Under the pieces are notes generated by a model. That model saw only the letters and a program-made list of their open reading frames with translations, searched no databases and was not told the origin of the DNA. Shown piece by piece: positions 38,086-50,000 of a DNA stretch of 64,000 bases. Source of the DNA: Amoebophrya sp. A120 (Eukaryota > Protista > Dinoflagellata); contig CAJINV010000019.1 of the NCBI GenBank assembly GCA_905178155.1, forward strand, positions 688,475 through 752,474. The letters run 5' to 3'. Every line of letters begins with the position of its first letter. The first letter of the stretch is position 1. The position numbers were made by a program, and so were the translations under genes.

Positions 38086-41000
38086 TTATTCCGTTTTTTG
38101 CTGTGTCTTTTCGTTTTCATCCGCGTCTGTGGAAGATGAAAACTTTTCCTCTTCTACGGACTTGAATTCCTGTTCGTCCGCTGCTTCTACCTCTGGAGCT
38201 TCACCTACTTTCCCGAGGTACACCCACTCCAGGAACAGGGAGGAAAAGTGTCCTCCTGTTGCGAGTTCCTCTGCGGTGTTTGTCGTGCTGCCATCGCCCT
38301 CCTGGTGCGCGTAGCGGTCCTGGAGCGTCAAGGGCGACACGTGCGTCGCCAGATCTTCCCGCATACACGTGCAATCGTAGTCCTTCGGCGCCTTCGCTTC
38401 GAAGTCTTGCATCCAACACATCTTCACACTTTCCTGCAGCTTGCGGTTCACCAGGTCTTTGCCCGGCAACCGGAGCGGCAGCTCCACCAATTCTGCGATC
38501 GTTCCCGGCCGAAAACTCAGGTCTTTACCTGTTTTTTTGCTTTTGCCTTCGAGAACTTCTTCATTTCCGTCACCCTCTTTGGGAAGAAGTTCTGTCGGGA
38601 TCCGCATTGCCTGGCCGATCCACGCGCGCAGCTGCTCATGTTGGATCTGCTTTTGCTCTCTCTGCCACTGCTCGAGCCCTTCCACTTTATCTTCAGTCTT
38701 GTTCATCTCCAGTAACTTTTCCCACCCAGGGAGGTGCATGTAGTAGCTGCTGAAGTCCAGGATGTGCGCTCCGAAAGTCTCCAGGACCCACTTCGTGCTG
38801 TAGCCAAAGTGGAAGCAAGCTTCCCCATACCGAGGATTAACCGACGGGTACAAATCTGTGAGGACGTCGGTGCAGCTGCCTGCCGGATCGTTCTGATGAG
38901 AAGTTGATGTTTCAACACCTTCTCGCCCCTCGCTTGCCTTCGCAATTTTATGGAAGTCCGCGATGCGGTATCGGTCCATCTCATTGGTCCAGGAAATGCA
39001 TTTATCAAGTGCAAAAATGTTACAGGGTCTGGAAGGTTAGAACTTGTCATGCTAAATCTGAATGATGCGAACATCTGTGTTGCGTGAGTACTAAAAACTG
39101 TCCGCTTTTGACCAAGTTGAGAGGGAGTTTCTCATGCAGGAAAGGCATGATAGAGACCTCAAAAAGTCTGTCATGCTGGGTCTCGCATTCCAGACCTCAT
39201 GAGTCATGGAAAACCTGCATCACAAATCTTGCATTCTTCCAGACCCAGACATTTTATACATTTGATAGGACTTCGGCCTCAAGGCTCCGATGTCCTCCGC
39301 ATCGATAGGCTTTCGCCGCCAGTCCCGTTGCCGCAGGGTCACACAGAGCTTGTCCTCCCGCATCAGCGTGCGCAGGTTGGAAAGCTTCCGGCGCGTCGCG
39401 GAGAGAAACAGCTGCAGAAGGTTCTTCTCGCTTTTTTTAGCAGACGAGGTACTACCGCCCAGATCGCGTTCGTTTAATTTCATTTCCTGCACATAGTCGT
39501 CCAGCGACATGGACGCCAAAGCGTTCAGATTCCGCTGCAGCGGCGTCATATCTCGGAACATAAGTTCCACCGGCAAGATCTCCTCGTCGCTTGAGTGAAT
39601 GAACATGGTCACATTGCCGAACAGGAAAGTAGACCCTTTCTCACGAATGGGGACTGGTGACTTTTGTGCTGGACTTGATGTTGCAGCTCCTGCCTTTGCC
39701 TTGTCGTTTGTTCGTCCTGTGTTTATTTTCATTTCAGCCAATTTGTACGTTGGGCCCTTCACCAGTTCGACCTGCCCTTTTAGAATCTCTTGTAGCGTCG
39801 CTCTTCTGGCCGGCTCCTTCAGTGTGTACAGTCTGTCCAAAGCGGTCCGGGCCGTGAGTTCGGGAAACAAGTTCCCCGACAGGAAATAGTGGAGCAGAGC
39901 CTCGTGGTCGATGGCTCTGCGAAAGCACGCGACGGTGTCGAAACAGCCAAAGTTTTTCATGCAGGTCACCTCGTCAAACCACTGCCGGTGCACGTCCGGA
40001 AGCAGGACCGGCGTTGCTTTCTCGGACCAGTAGGCGAGGATGTCGCAGAGAAGATTTTCGTGGTTGTGGTTATACTTCCCCTCAAAAATGTCCTCGTCGA
40101 AGAGCCGCCGCCGCTGCGATTCCACTTCTTCCACACTGGCCGCCTCCTCCGGAGTCCGGGGCGGTCCCACGAAATACGGGGACTGGATTAGCCAGACGAC
40201 TGCCTGGCAAGCGGCTGCGAAGCTGGCGAAGGTCTCGAGGGTCCACACCGAGGAGTACCACACTTGGATCACGTGATCGATTATCAAATGCAAAGATGTC
40301 TGGGTCCTCTGGAAAATTGCCAGGTTTGTCATGCATATTTGGCACGAACCATGATGTCTGTAATGCATGAGTGACCTAGCAACATCACACATTTTTAAAA
40401 AGCTTTCTGATGCCTTTTCCGCATGAGAAATGCCCTCTCCGCGTAGCACAGAAAACTCCTCTTGCCCTTCATGCAATACCGATGTTTTTCGAATCCAAAG
40501 ATAGCATCACAAGTTGCATCCTTCCAGACCCGGACATGTTTGCAATGCATATCGATCGGGCAGCTCTCCGTATCCAGCATCTTCGAGATGACGAGAAACT
40601 TCGCCAGTGTGTACAGGTCGTGGCAGTAACCAACAAAACGGGTTTGCGGCCTAGAAGGACCGTTTTTCATTTGCTCCGTGGAAGAGTTTTTGCTTGCCTC
40701 CGCGGTCTTGATGTCAGGATTGTTGACTTCCTGGAGGTGATTTTTCACGTCAAGATTTTCACGGTTCTGCTCATCCGACCTCTCTTTTTGACCTGAAGTA
40801 CTACTAGATCGCTGTGCCACTCGTTCGACGTCTCGAAATGCTGCTTCCATTTTTTCCAATTCCGCTCGCTTGTCGAGGACCTCGTTTGGAACAAACTTGG
40901 CGCTCATCATATGCATTGCAAAAGTGTCGTACTAGTATGAATTGCATCACAGATTTCCTCAGCATGAGAAATGAAATGTGTAATGCGGATTTGCCTTAAT

Positions 41001-44000
41001 ATCGGGATTTGTAATGCATGACCGCGATTACGATTAGTACGTGTACGACACTTTTGCAGTGCATACATCAGCTCCTGGAAGTCGAGAAAGCCGACTTGAA
41101 CGTGTATGAAAGTGCACAACTCGTCCCCCTCCCCCTCATTTGTGATGCAAAATTCCAAATCCACCCTTTGCATCTTAGCACTGTTTGCATGACAGAATCC
41201 GGAATCCAAAACCGCACTGCAATCCTCTAGAAATTTGTCATCCAAAAGCTGCATCTTTGCCAGCGCTTCTGTTGCTGTTCATGCAACACAAGTGAGCGGG
41301 AGGGAGAGTTGTGCACACGACTCATAACGTGCGTGGTGTGTTCACAAATCTCCACCGGCCTCCTCGCTTGCCCGCACCCGGGTCTCGTGTCCCACGGCCG
41401 GTGGGGCGGGAGGTCGCCGTGTCCCTCGCCGGGAAGTCGGGTGTCTCGAGTCGGCGCCACGGAGTATGGAAGCGTCAGGTTTGAAATCGTCAAAGTTGAA
41501 ATAATTACTATTTAAACAGCAGCAAACCAGAGTTTTTGAAGCTTTGGGGTGTGTTCTGGGGTATGTAAGGTGGCCGCGTAGCACCGTGATTCGTAATTTG
41601 CAGGGCACACCCCGAACACACCCCAGACACACCCCAGACACACCCCCGACACACCCCCGACATACCCCCCGACAAACACCCCCGACAGACCCCGGCCGGA
41701 ACTTTTAAGGCTTTGGGGTGTGTTCTGGGGTATGTAAAGTGGCCGCGTAGCACCGTGATTCGTAATTTGCAGGGCACACCCCGAACACACCCCAGACACA
41801 CCCCCGACACTCACACCCGACAGACACCCCCGACACTCACACCCGACAGACCCCGGCCGGGACTTTTGAGGCTTTGGCCTGCGTTCTGGGGTATGTAAAG
41901 TGGCCGCGTAGCATCGTGATTCGCAAGTTACAGGGCAAGCCCCGAACGCACCCCAGACGCACCCCCGGCAGACACCCCCGACAGACACCCACGGCAAAGA
42001 CCCCCGATACACCCCAGGCAACCACACCCAGGGCAGGGGGCAGAACAAATATCCAGAGCGGAGAGCGTTTCCGGATCGATCCGAATCGCGTGAAAGATCC
42101 AGAGCGGCAGAAGTATCCAAACCTGGCGCATTTAAATAGTCTCGCAACCGGCGTCATTGCATACGAACGCGGCCCGGCATCAGGCCTCCGGGCCCAGCTG
42201 TTGACGCTTTGGACTCGGTCCCCACGTCATGACCTAGGGGCCAGCTGTTGGCGCTTCCCAGAAACTAACCGCGCGGCCCAGGGGCAATCAAACAAAAGCC
42301 CCAGGGCTTGCAGCTAGGGGACTCGCTCCCCCCATCATGACCTAGGGGCCCGCTTTGGGCGCTTCCCGGAAACCAACCGCACGGCCCAGGGGCAAAAGCC
42401 CTAGGTCAACGCGGGGACTCGGTCCCCGCGCCATGACCTAGGGGCCAGCCCTTGGCGCTTCCCGGAAATCAACAGCACGGCCCCGGGGCAAAAGCCCTAG
42501 GGCAGCGCGGGGACTCGGTCCCCGCGCCATGACCTAGGGGCCAGCTTGTAGCGCTTCCCATACACTAGCCGCACGGCCGAGGGGCAAGGGCCCTAGGGTA
42601 GCGCGGGGACTCGGTCCCCGCGTCATGATCTAGGGGCCAGCTTTTGGCGCTCCCCGTACACTAGCCGCACGGCCCACGAGCAAAAGCCCTCGGGCAGCGC
42701 GGGAACTCGGTCCCCGCGTCATGACCTAGGGGCCAGGTGCCGGCGCTTTGTTTCCGGAATGAATGAAAGAAACTAACCGCGCGGCCCAGGGGCAAGAGCC
42801 CTGGGGCAGCGCGGGGGCTCGGTCCCCGCGCCATGACCTAAGGGCCGGCTTTAGGCGCTTCCCGGAAACCAGCCGCACGGCCCAGGGGCAAAAGCCCTAG
42901 GTCAGCGCGGGGACTCGGTCCCCGCGTCATGACCTAGGGGCCAGCTTTTGGCGCTTCCCGGAAACTGACCGCACGGCCCAGCCCTAGGTCAGCGCGGGGA
43001 CTCGGTCCCCGCGCCATGACCTAGCGGCCAGCTCTGGGCGCTTCCCGGAAACTAACCTCACGGCCCAGGGGCAAAGGCCCTAGGTCAGCGCGGGGACTCG
43101 TCGGTCCCCGCGCCATGACCTAGGGGCCAGCTACAGACCCGGCGCCGGAGTTATCGGCGCCCCGCCCCCCGGCCCGGCGCCAGCTTCTTCCTTTCTTTTC
43201 TCCCTGCCCAGTGCCGCCACAACCCCCGAGCCCCCTCGTCCCAGACAAATGCCGGAAGGTCGCCGCACGGGGACTCTGTCCCCGTGCTCGGACCTTGTTT
43301 GTAATGCATAAAATGCGATACAAAAAGTGACTCTATTGCAGAGGACCCACGGGAAGCAGATTATAGTCCTGGTAAGGGTCAAAAGTTGGACTGCTGACTA
43401 GCATGACAGAAGGCAGCTCTTTTGCCCTAAACCGCATGACAGACTCGCTTCCATGACCGGGAAAATTTGTCATGCACCGACTACAAACTGTAGGTCTAAC
43501 TGGTATCCGTTTTATGCATGACAAAGTATTTCAACTTTGACGATTTCAAACCTGACACATCCATACGGAGGGTTTCTGTGATATCGCATGATCCGAAGAT
43601 GAAGAGGGATCTTCTGCAGTTCCATCGGCAGATGTTGAGCCTTTATTTTCTGCCTTAGCTGCTACCTTCAACACATTTGGGCTGAAGTCGCGGAGGTTTT
43701 GAAACACGTATCCCAGAAATTTTCTTTTTCCACTATAACCTGCTCAGGTGTTACAATCTCAAACGCTACAATAGAGTCTGAAACTTGTCGTGTTGCAAAA
43801 TGCGCAACATCTGGCCCACTCCCACAGGAGCGAGCATGACAAGTTTCGGAGCTCCAAACTCTATGAGAATATCGCGCAATTTCTATTGCGAAAAGCCGAA
43901 GTCTCTGTATGGCACTCATGCTGTTTATGCAAGACAAGTTTCAGTCTCTATTGCAACGTTTGAGATTGTAACATCTGAGCAAGCCATATCCACTGCCAAC

Positions 44001-47000
44001 TAGCATCGGGTCCGTCAAAGCGGTCAGCTGGCCGTTCAGCTCGGTGTGACAGAACTCCAGGAGTTGATATGCAGCGTAGCCAATTTGTATCGCGCCATGA
44101 TCTTCCACGTTGTCGGTCCACCACCGCTGCATTACCATTTCCGGCTGCGCATTGGTACATGCCAATGCCATCAACGTCTCGGGCTTCTGCTCCAGCAGAT
44201 TTTTCACGAACAGATAGTACGGCTGCACGTCGGCCTTCATTCGAGAAAAATTGAAAAGTATGTCCACCATTTCCATGTCGGTCTCGAGGCCCTCGGGCAG
44301 GCCGATGGGGTCTGACGAGCCAGGTCTGAATACTTGTAACTCGGGCCGATTCAGGAGGGGCAACAACCAAGGCAAAACAGTCGGTGGGAGTTCCAGACGG
44401 CCTCGAGTAGGGTCCAAGACAAAGAAACTCGACGAGGAGTCTTGCGCTTCAGAAGGCTCCTCGTCCTGCTCCGTAGAAGAAGTGCAGCGTTGCGCCGCAC
44501 GCATCCATTTGTCTTTCTCGAAAATGGTGCCATTGCGCTTCTTTGAAACTAAAACGTGATCTGTCACGAACCGTTCCAAAGAGCGGGCGTGCTCGTATTG
44601 TCGCTTGGCGAGGGCGAGACGCTTCGCGGTCAACTCGGCGTCCTCCGCAAGCTGCTTTCGCTCCTCCTCTTCCCGCAGGGCGCGGCGCTTCCTTTTCAGG
44701 GCGTGCTTGCTCAGCTTGCTAGTGTCCTCGTCGTGGAAGATCATCATGTCGGGGTTGTGTACTAGTAGTGTCTCCTCTGCTTGTTCAACATCCTTCTCTG
44801 CGGCCCCAACTGCTTCGCTCGCGCCACCAGCTGCCACAAGTTTTTGATCAAGAAGACCACCATCGTCTTGTTCTTCGCGACCCCGAGCGTCGGGTGTCTC
44901 ATCTGTTTTGTTCTCATCTGGGGTTGAGGCAAAAGCTAGCGCTTCTCTTTCGGTGCAGCGATCAGTTTGCGATTTGTTTGCGGTGTTGTTGATGATATTT
45001 CCCTCGTCGTCAACTACTCGCTGTACTACCTGGTGGTCTCCAGCCGATCCATTCTCGCCAGTAGGAGCCGTGCTGGTTTCCTTTACCGCCTCAATATTTT
45101 CACCCGGCACGAGTGTAGTAGTTGGTGTGGACGACGAGGATAAAGCAGCGGGCGCGGGGGTAGAACTAGAACTACTATTTTTATCTTCGATTACTATTTC
45201 TTTTGTCCAGGGAAAGACAATCGCAGAAGAAGTAGCTCCTGGTGCACCAGCAGCACCTGCAACCTCTGCGGAGAAGTAGCGCCAGCTAAAGGACAGCTGG
45301 TGGCTGCTGGAGGTTGAGAGGGGGGACAAGAGATTGAGTCCGTTTTCCTCGCAGTGCGCAATGATGTGCTTGGATTTCTTGCAGAAGAAGTCTTTGACCC
45401 AGCTCGCACAGGTGACCTGCTGCAAGACGTACCGGCAGAGCGAAAGAGCGGGCAACCGCAAGGGAGTGCTCAGCAGAGCGCAGTGATAATGGTCAAGTAG
45501 CACTTTTGCAACTTGGCCACTGGCGTGGAGTTGTCTCCGCGGGGGGATCAACATCCTGGAAGGTAGTTTTTTTACCGGTGTAGGACCATTTGACGCTCGT
45601 CCCCCAGATGGCTCCTCTTCGTCTTCATCGTCCTCCACATCTTCATCGTCTACCGCTGAGTGCAATTTCGTTTCTGCTTCTGCATAAAGCGCGGGCCTTG
45701 CGTTATTACTGGTTTCAGCAGCGTTCTTTGCTGGAGGTTCAACATCGTACGACAAGGCAGCTCCGCTCGACGTTGTTCGGTGTCCCTTCCTCGAGTAGAG
45801 GAACCCGTTTTCGCTGCAGCAACACGCCAGAATTTGTCTCACTTTTTTCAAGGTTTCGGGGTCTTGCTGGTACAGGTAGGCTTCGTCGGAGTTTTCATCT
45901 CTTTCGCCGCGCTCCTCTTGGGGCTTTTGTCTGGCGCGAACATAGCGATCCCACTGGTCTGTCGATCTGTTCGGGTCTGGAAGCGCGAGGAAATCGGTCA
46001 GGCAGGCGCCAAAAGTCTCCCCGATCCAATTCAGGGAGTAGGCATAATGCGTCGTCGGTAATTGCTGCTGCTGCTGCTGCTGGTGCGGTTTTCGACTGGC
46101 CCTTCGTGCCAGCTCGTGGAAAGCGTCAAGCGGGTATCTGTCCACCTCGTTGGTCCAGGAAACAGTTGCTGGGTTGTAAGTAGCAATGAAGTCGGCCAGG
46201 TCGTTCCTCCGACTCCATTCGTCGTGGGTTCGGTAGTGCAGAAAGACCTGAACTTTTCTGGACAGCAGGCTGCGCCGGAGGGACTGCAGCTGCCGCAGCG
46301 TCCGTCGGATAAATAGCTGCACGATGTTGCGTATTTCCCCCGCCGCTGCCCGTTTTTGATACTGCTTCCGCAGCAGAGTGGGATCGCATAGAGCGGTCTT
46401 GGGTTTCTTTCGTGTGGAAGATGGTGATGTTGTTGTGTCTGGTCGTTTACGAGAAATTTCAGTACTTTTATCCACTTGTTCGGCTTGATGTTGTTCAAGA
46501 TCGACTTCGAGTCGGCGACCGGCGTCATCCCGGGCTAATTCATCAATGTAGTCCTCGATGGAGAGACACGTCAGTGCATTCAGGTTTTTTTCCAAGCCCG
46601 CCACTATGTTCGCTCGAAACATAGTGATGTTTCCAAGAAATAAGGAAGTGACGTTCGTATCAAGAACATCCGGCTCATCATCTCCTCGCCCCTGTTGCTT
46701 AGTTCTGCTCTTTTGCTTTTGTCCCTCGTTGTTTGTCTTTTTGCTGGTTCCGCTTTGCTCCTGTTTGTCTACTTCCTCAACATCGACGAGCCCCCGCCCC
46801 CCAAGAGCGTCTTCATCGGTAGAAGAAGTTTTTGCTCCCGCAGCGACGCGGTCCATCCCTTCGCCTGGCACGAGTCTCCCGGTAAGGAGGTAGTGAACCA
46901 AGGCCACGCGGTTCGCCTCGCTCTTGAAAGAGGGAATCGCGTTGAACGCTTCGAGAAATTTCGTGCATGCGTGTGTGGAGAACGGCACGCCCGTACTTTT

Positions 47001-50000
47001 TTTCTTCGTCTGCTTTTCCACGACGCGGAGGTACGCGAGCAAATCTTCTGAAACACGGTCGTACGGCACGGGCCGGCCGATCACCGAGCTCATTTCGGCC
47101 CCCACCACGTTGTTGAACCAGGTGCACGCGGCTTCAGTCGGGGTGACCGGCTGTTCGGTGGCCGTGGCGAGCCACTTCTCCAGGAAAAGCAACACTGACG
47201 GGTCCCCGACCATGTCATCCGCTGCTTCGAAAGACAGCTTTTTGGCATTCTGATTCTTCTTGTTACCAGAAGAACTCTTCGCAGAAGTAGTAGTAGTTTT
47301 TGCTGACTGGTGCTTCTCTGGCTCTTCCTCGTCTCCCTCTGGTGGCACAACTCGTTTGGCACTCAGGACCACAATGGCAACCCTGCAGTGCGCGATGAAA
47401 CTTTCCAGTGCAGCAAAGGTCCACATCGAGCTGTACCAGACCTGCAGCACGTGCTCGAGCGGCGTGTCCTCGGAGAGCAGCATGAATTGGATCACCGTGA
47501 ACTTGGCAACGGTGTAGGCGTCGTAACAAATGCCGACGAATTTCAGGCGTTCGCTCTCGTGCGGGAGTTGCAGCAGTCCGCCTGGTGAACAAGACGGGGA
47601 AGAGCCACTAGTGGTCGTTTTTTTGCCGTCCGGACTTTGTTCACAACTCTCAGAAAAAGTTGAAGTTGTCTCACCACCAAGAATCTTCGCGTTCATGAGC
47701 TCCTGGAAGTCGAGAAACCCGACTTGGACGTGGGTCGTTCCTTGCACCAAAGTGATCTTGTTTCCCGTCGTGCCCCGCGTGTCCCACGGATGCCTGCGAA
47801 AATCCGTGTACAGCGAAACGGGTCGGTTACAAACCAACCCGTCCTCGCGTTCCAGATCCAATTCCATTTCCTCCTCCTCTGCCAGGGCCTTTTCATGGTC
47901 GACAACTTCGGTGCCTTTGCTGGCGGACTTGTAACTCATCTGTGCTGCTGCGCGCACCTGCTCAGCTTCGGCAAACACGTCCTTGACGACCTGGAAGCCG
48001 TAGGGAATGCGGGCCTTCACGGCCCGCTCCCTATTTCGCATTCTGTCCAAAAACCGCACGCCTTTGATGCTCTCCAAGAGCATTTTTGGAGGGCTCGAGG
48101 TGGTGGACGAGGAGGTCGTGCTACCAGAACTGGACGATGAAACAAGCTGCGAAGTGGACTCTTCGTCGCGTGCTGTCGAGGCAAGGCTCGTGGTGGTCTC
48201 GCCGCTTTCCGGACTAGTATACAAGTCGCTGCTGGAAGTGGTATGTGCGGCTGTACCAGACGAGGTGGAAACTGGATCGTGATTTATTCCAAAAATACTA
48301 CCACTGTGCGCAATCGCAGCGGACTCCTTCTTGGTTTTCCCGTAGCGAGTTGTACTGACGACCACCGGTTGCAGTGCCTTGCGCCACAAGGCAAGCTTGT
48401 CCATGATGCGGATTCTCTCTGTAGACGACACCATGACCTCACCCAGCATCGGGTTCCGTGCGTTCAACCAGCGAGCCTCCACCAAATCCTCGTCAAAGTG
48501 CAGATCCCGCCAGAGCATCGCGAAATCGCCGGTGCACAGCGACATCGCGCCCTTCCAGGGCGAAATGAAGCCCAGAAAGAAAGCGGGATACAGCAGTTTC
48601 TCGAAGAAAAACGTGGGCGACGCAGCGAATACTGGGTTATTTTGCCGGAAGTTCGTGTCCTCCGGGGGGATATGACGGACAAGGTCCGCTTCGCAAGGGT
48701 TACAGGATCCGGTGCGGGCAAAATCGTCCATGTATGGTGTTGTACCAGGTGATTTTGTATCTGAAAGAAAACCACCTATACGACCATTGCCGTAGAACCC
48801 CCTTGCGATTTTGTGTTTGAAGTGCGCTAAAAACTCCAGATGCAGGGCTTTGTGCGTCTCGTAGATCTCGTCGGAGAAGTGACGACTTTGCCGGAAAATT
48901 GCCTCTGTGTCGATGCCGGTGTCCTCGGGTTTCGTAGTCACGTACGCCAGCAGGGCTTCGAAGGCCAGGCACTTCTCGAGCATGTTCGGTTTTCTGTTGT
49001 AGCCGGAAATTAGAATTTGTTTCAGCGTATCCCCAGCGGCCTTGATGAATTTTTGCGTGTCGCTCGACTTTAAAACCTTCGCATTCAGCTTGTTCAGCTT
49101 CTTGAGGGTTCTTCTGTGGCCTGCGGGCGTCCGAGGTTCTGCGCCCGGATTGATGAAAATTTTTGTTGTAGGCAGCACTTCTACCCCTGTCGTCCCTCCG
49201 GGTATGGGTAACACCTCCAAAGCCGGGGGTGGATTGGCTTTTGTGGTCTGTTGCACTTTATCTTGTTTATCTCTACCGGCAGCTGCAGCTGTAGTTCTAT
49301 CCGGTTTATTTTGCTTCGTCGTCTGGCTTGTCGAAGCAGCGGCCGAAGAAGAGGGGCTAACGCCCGGCGAAGATTGTGGCTGGAATGCGGCATTTTGACG
49401 ATGCGGATGCCGCGAGGCAGGACCTCCTACTTCATCGGCAGCAGTTGTTGAAGATATACCCGCGAGGACACCTGCACTGGTTGATGATGCAAGCGGGGTG
49501 CTGCCGACCACACCGCCAGGATCACTCTCCAAGTCCAATTGTATGAGATCCGCTTTTGCCGTGTCTTCGTGTATCATGTTGCTATCGGCCCCGGCCGTTG
49601 TGGAAGTGGTCTGAAGATTCGTGCTGGTTTCTACTACTTCCCAGGATTTACTACTAATTTCACCCAAGGCGTCCCTGTTTTCCAGCGCGCGAAAAACGGC
49701 TGTTTTTGTGCGAATCGAGATCGTGCTTTTCCCGGCGCTAGATGAGGAATTATCCGTGGCACCGACCGAGTGGTTCAACATTCCACCGCCGCCAAACAGA
49801 TTCGTGGGGAAAAGGCGATGCAGAAAGTCCACTAGCGGGCCGTCGGGTCGAAGGAGCTGCGAGGCTAGCGCAGACGACGTCAGCCACTCGCCTACGGTTT
49901 CCTTTCTGGTCAACCGCAGCCCCATGTTGCTGTACCCGGGCCCGTGGCGGAGCAGCGCGCACTGCGCACCCAGTTGCTCCAAACAGCGAATCTGCAGTAC

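Larger units (their letters stand above)
41506..43297 (+). mobile_element. Nested satellite-bearing element, Helentron/DINE-like
   Basis: Interrupts the family E sequence AAATAAT|TTGTAATGCATAAAATGC between T residues; terminal hairpin at 43265-43287; two internal tandem arrays. Confidence 0.5.
41465..43565. mobile_element. Family E introner enlarged to 2101 bp by a nested insertion
   Basis: ~38-bp family E TIRs; direct repeat CGGAG (41460-64 and 43566-70); frame restored. Confidence 0.88.

Noticed and set aside
41508-42317. ORFs inside the 2.1-kb introner as a transposase
   Set aside because: Low-complexity translations of tandem repeats; no catalytic motifs
42200-43132. CRISPR-like array (palindromic repeats at regular spacing)
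   Set aside because: Intervening sequences are homologous to each other rather than unique spacers; eukaryotic context; no cas genes
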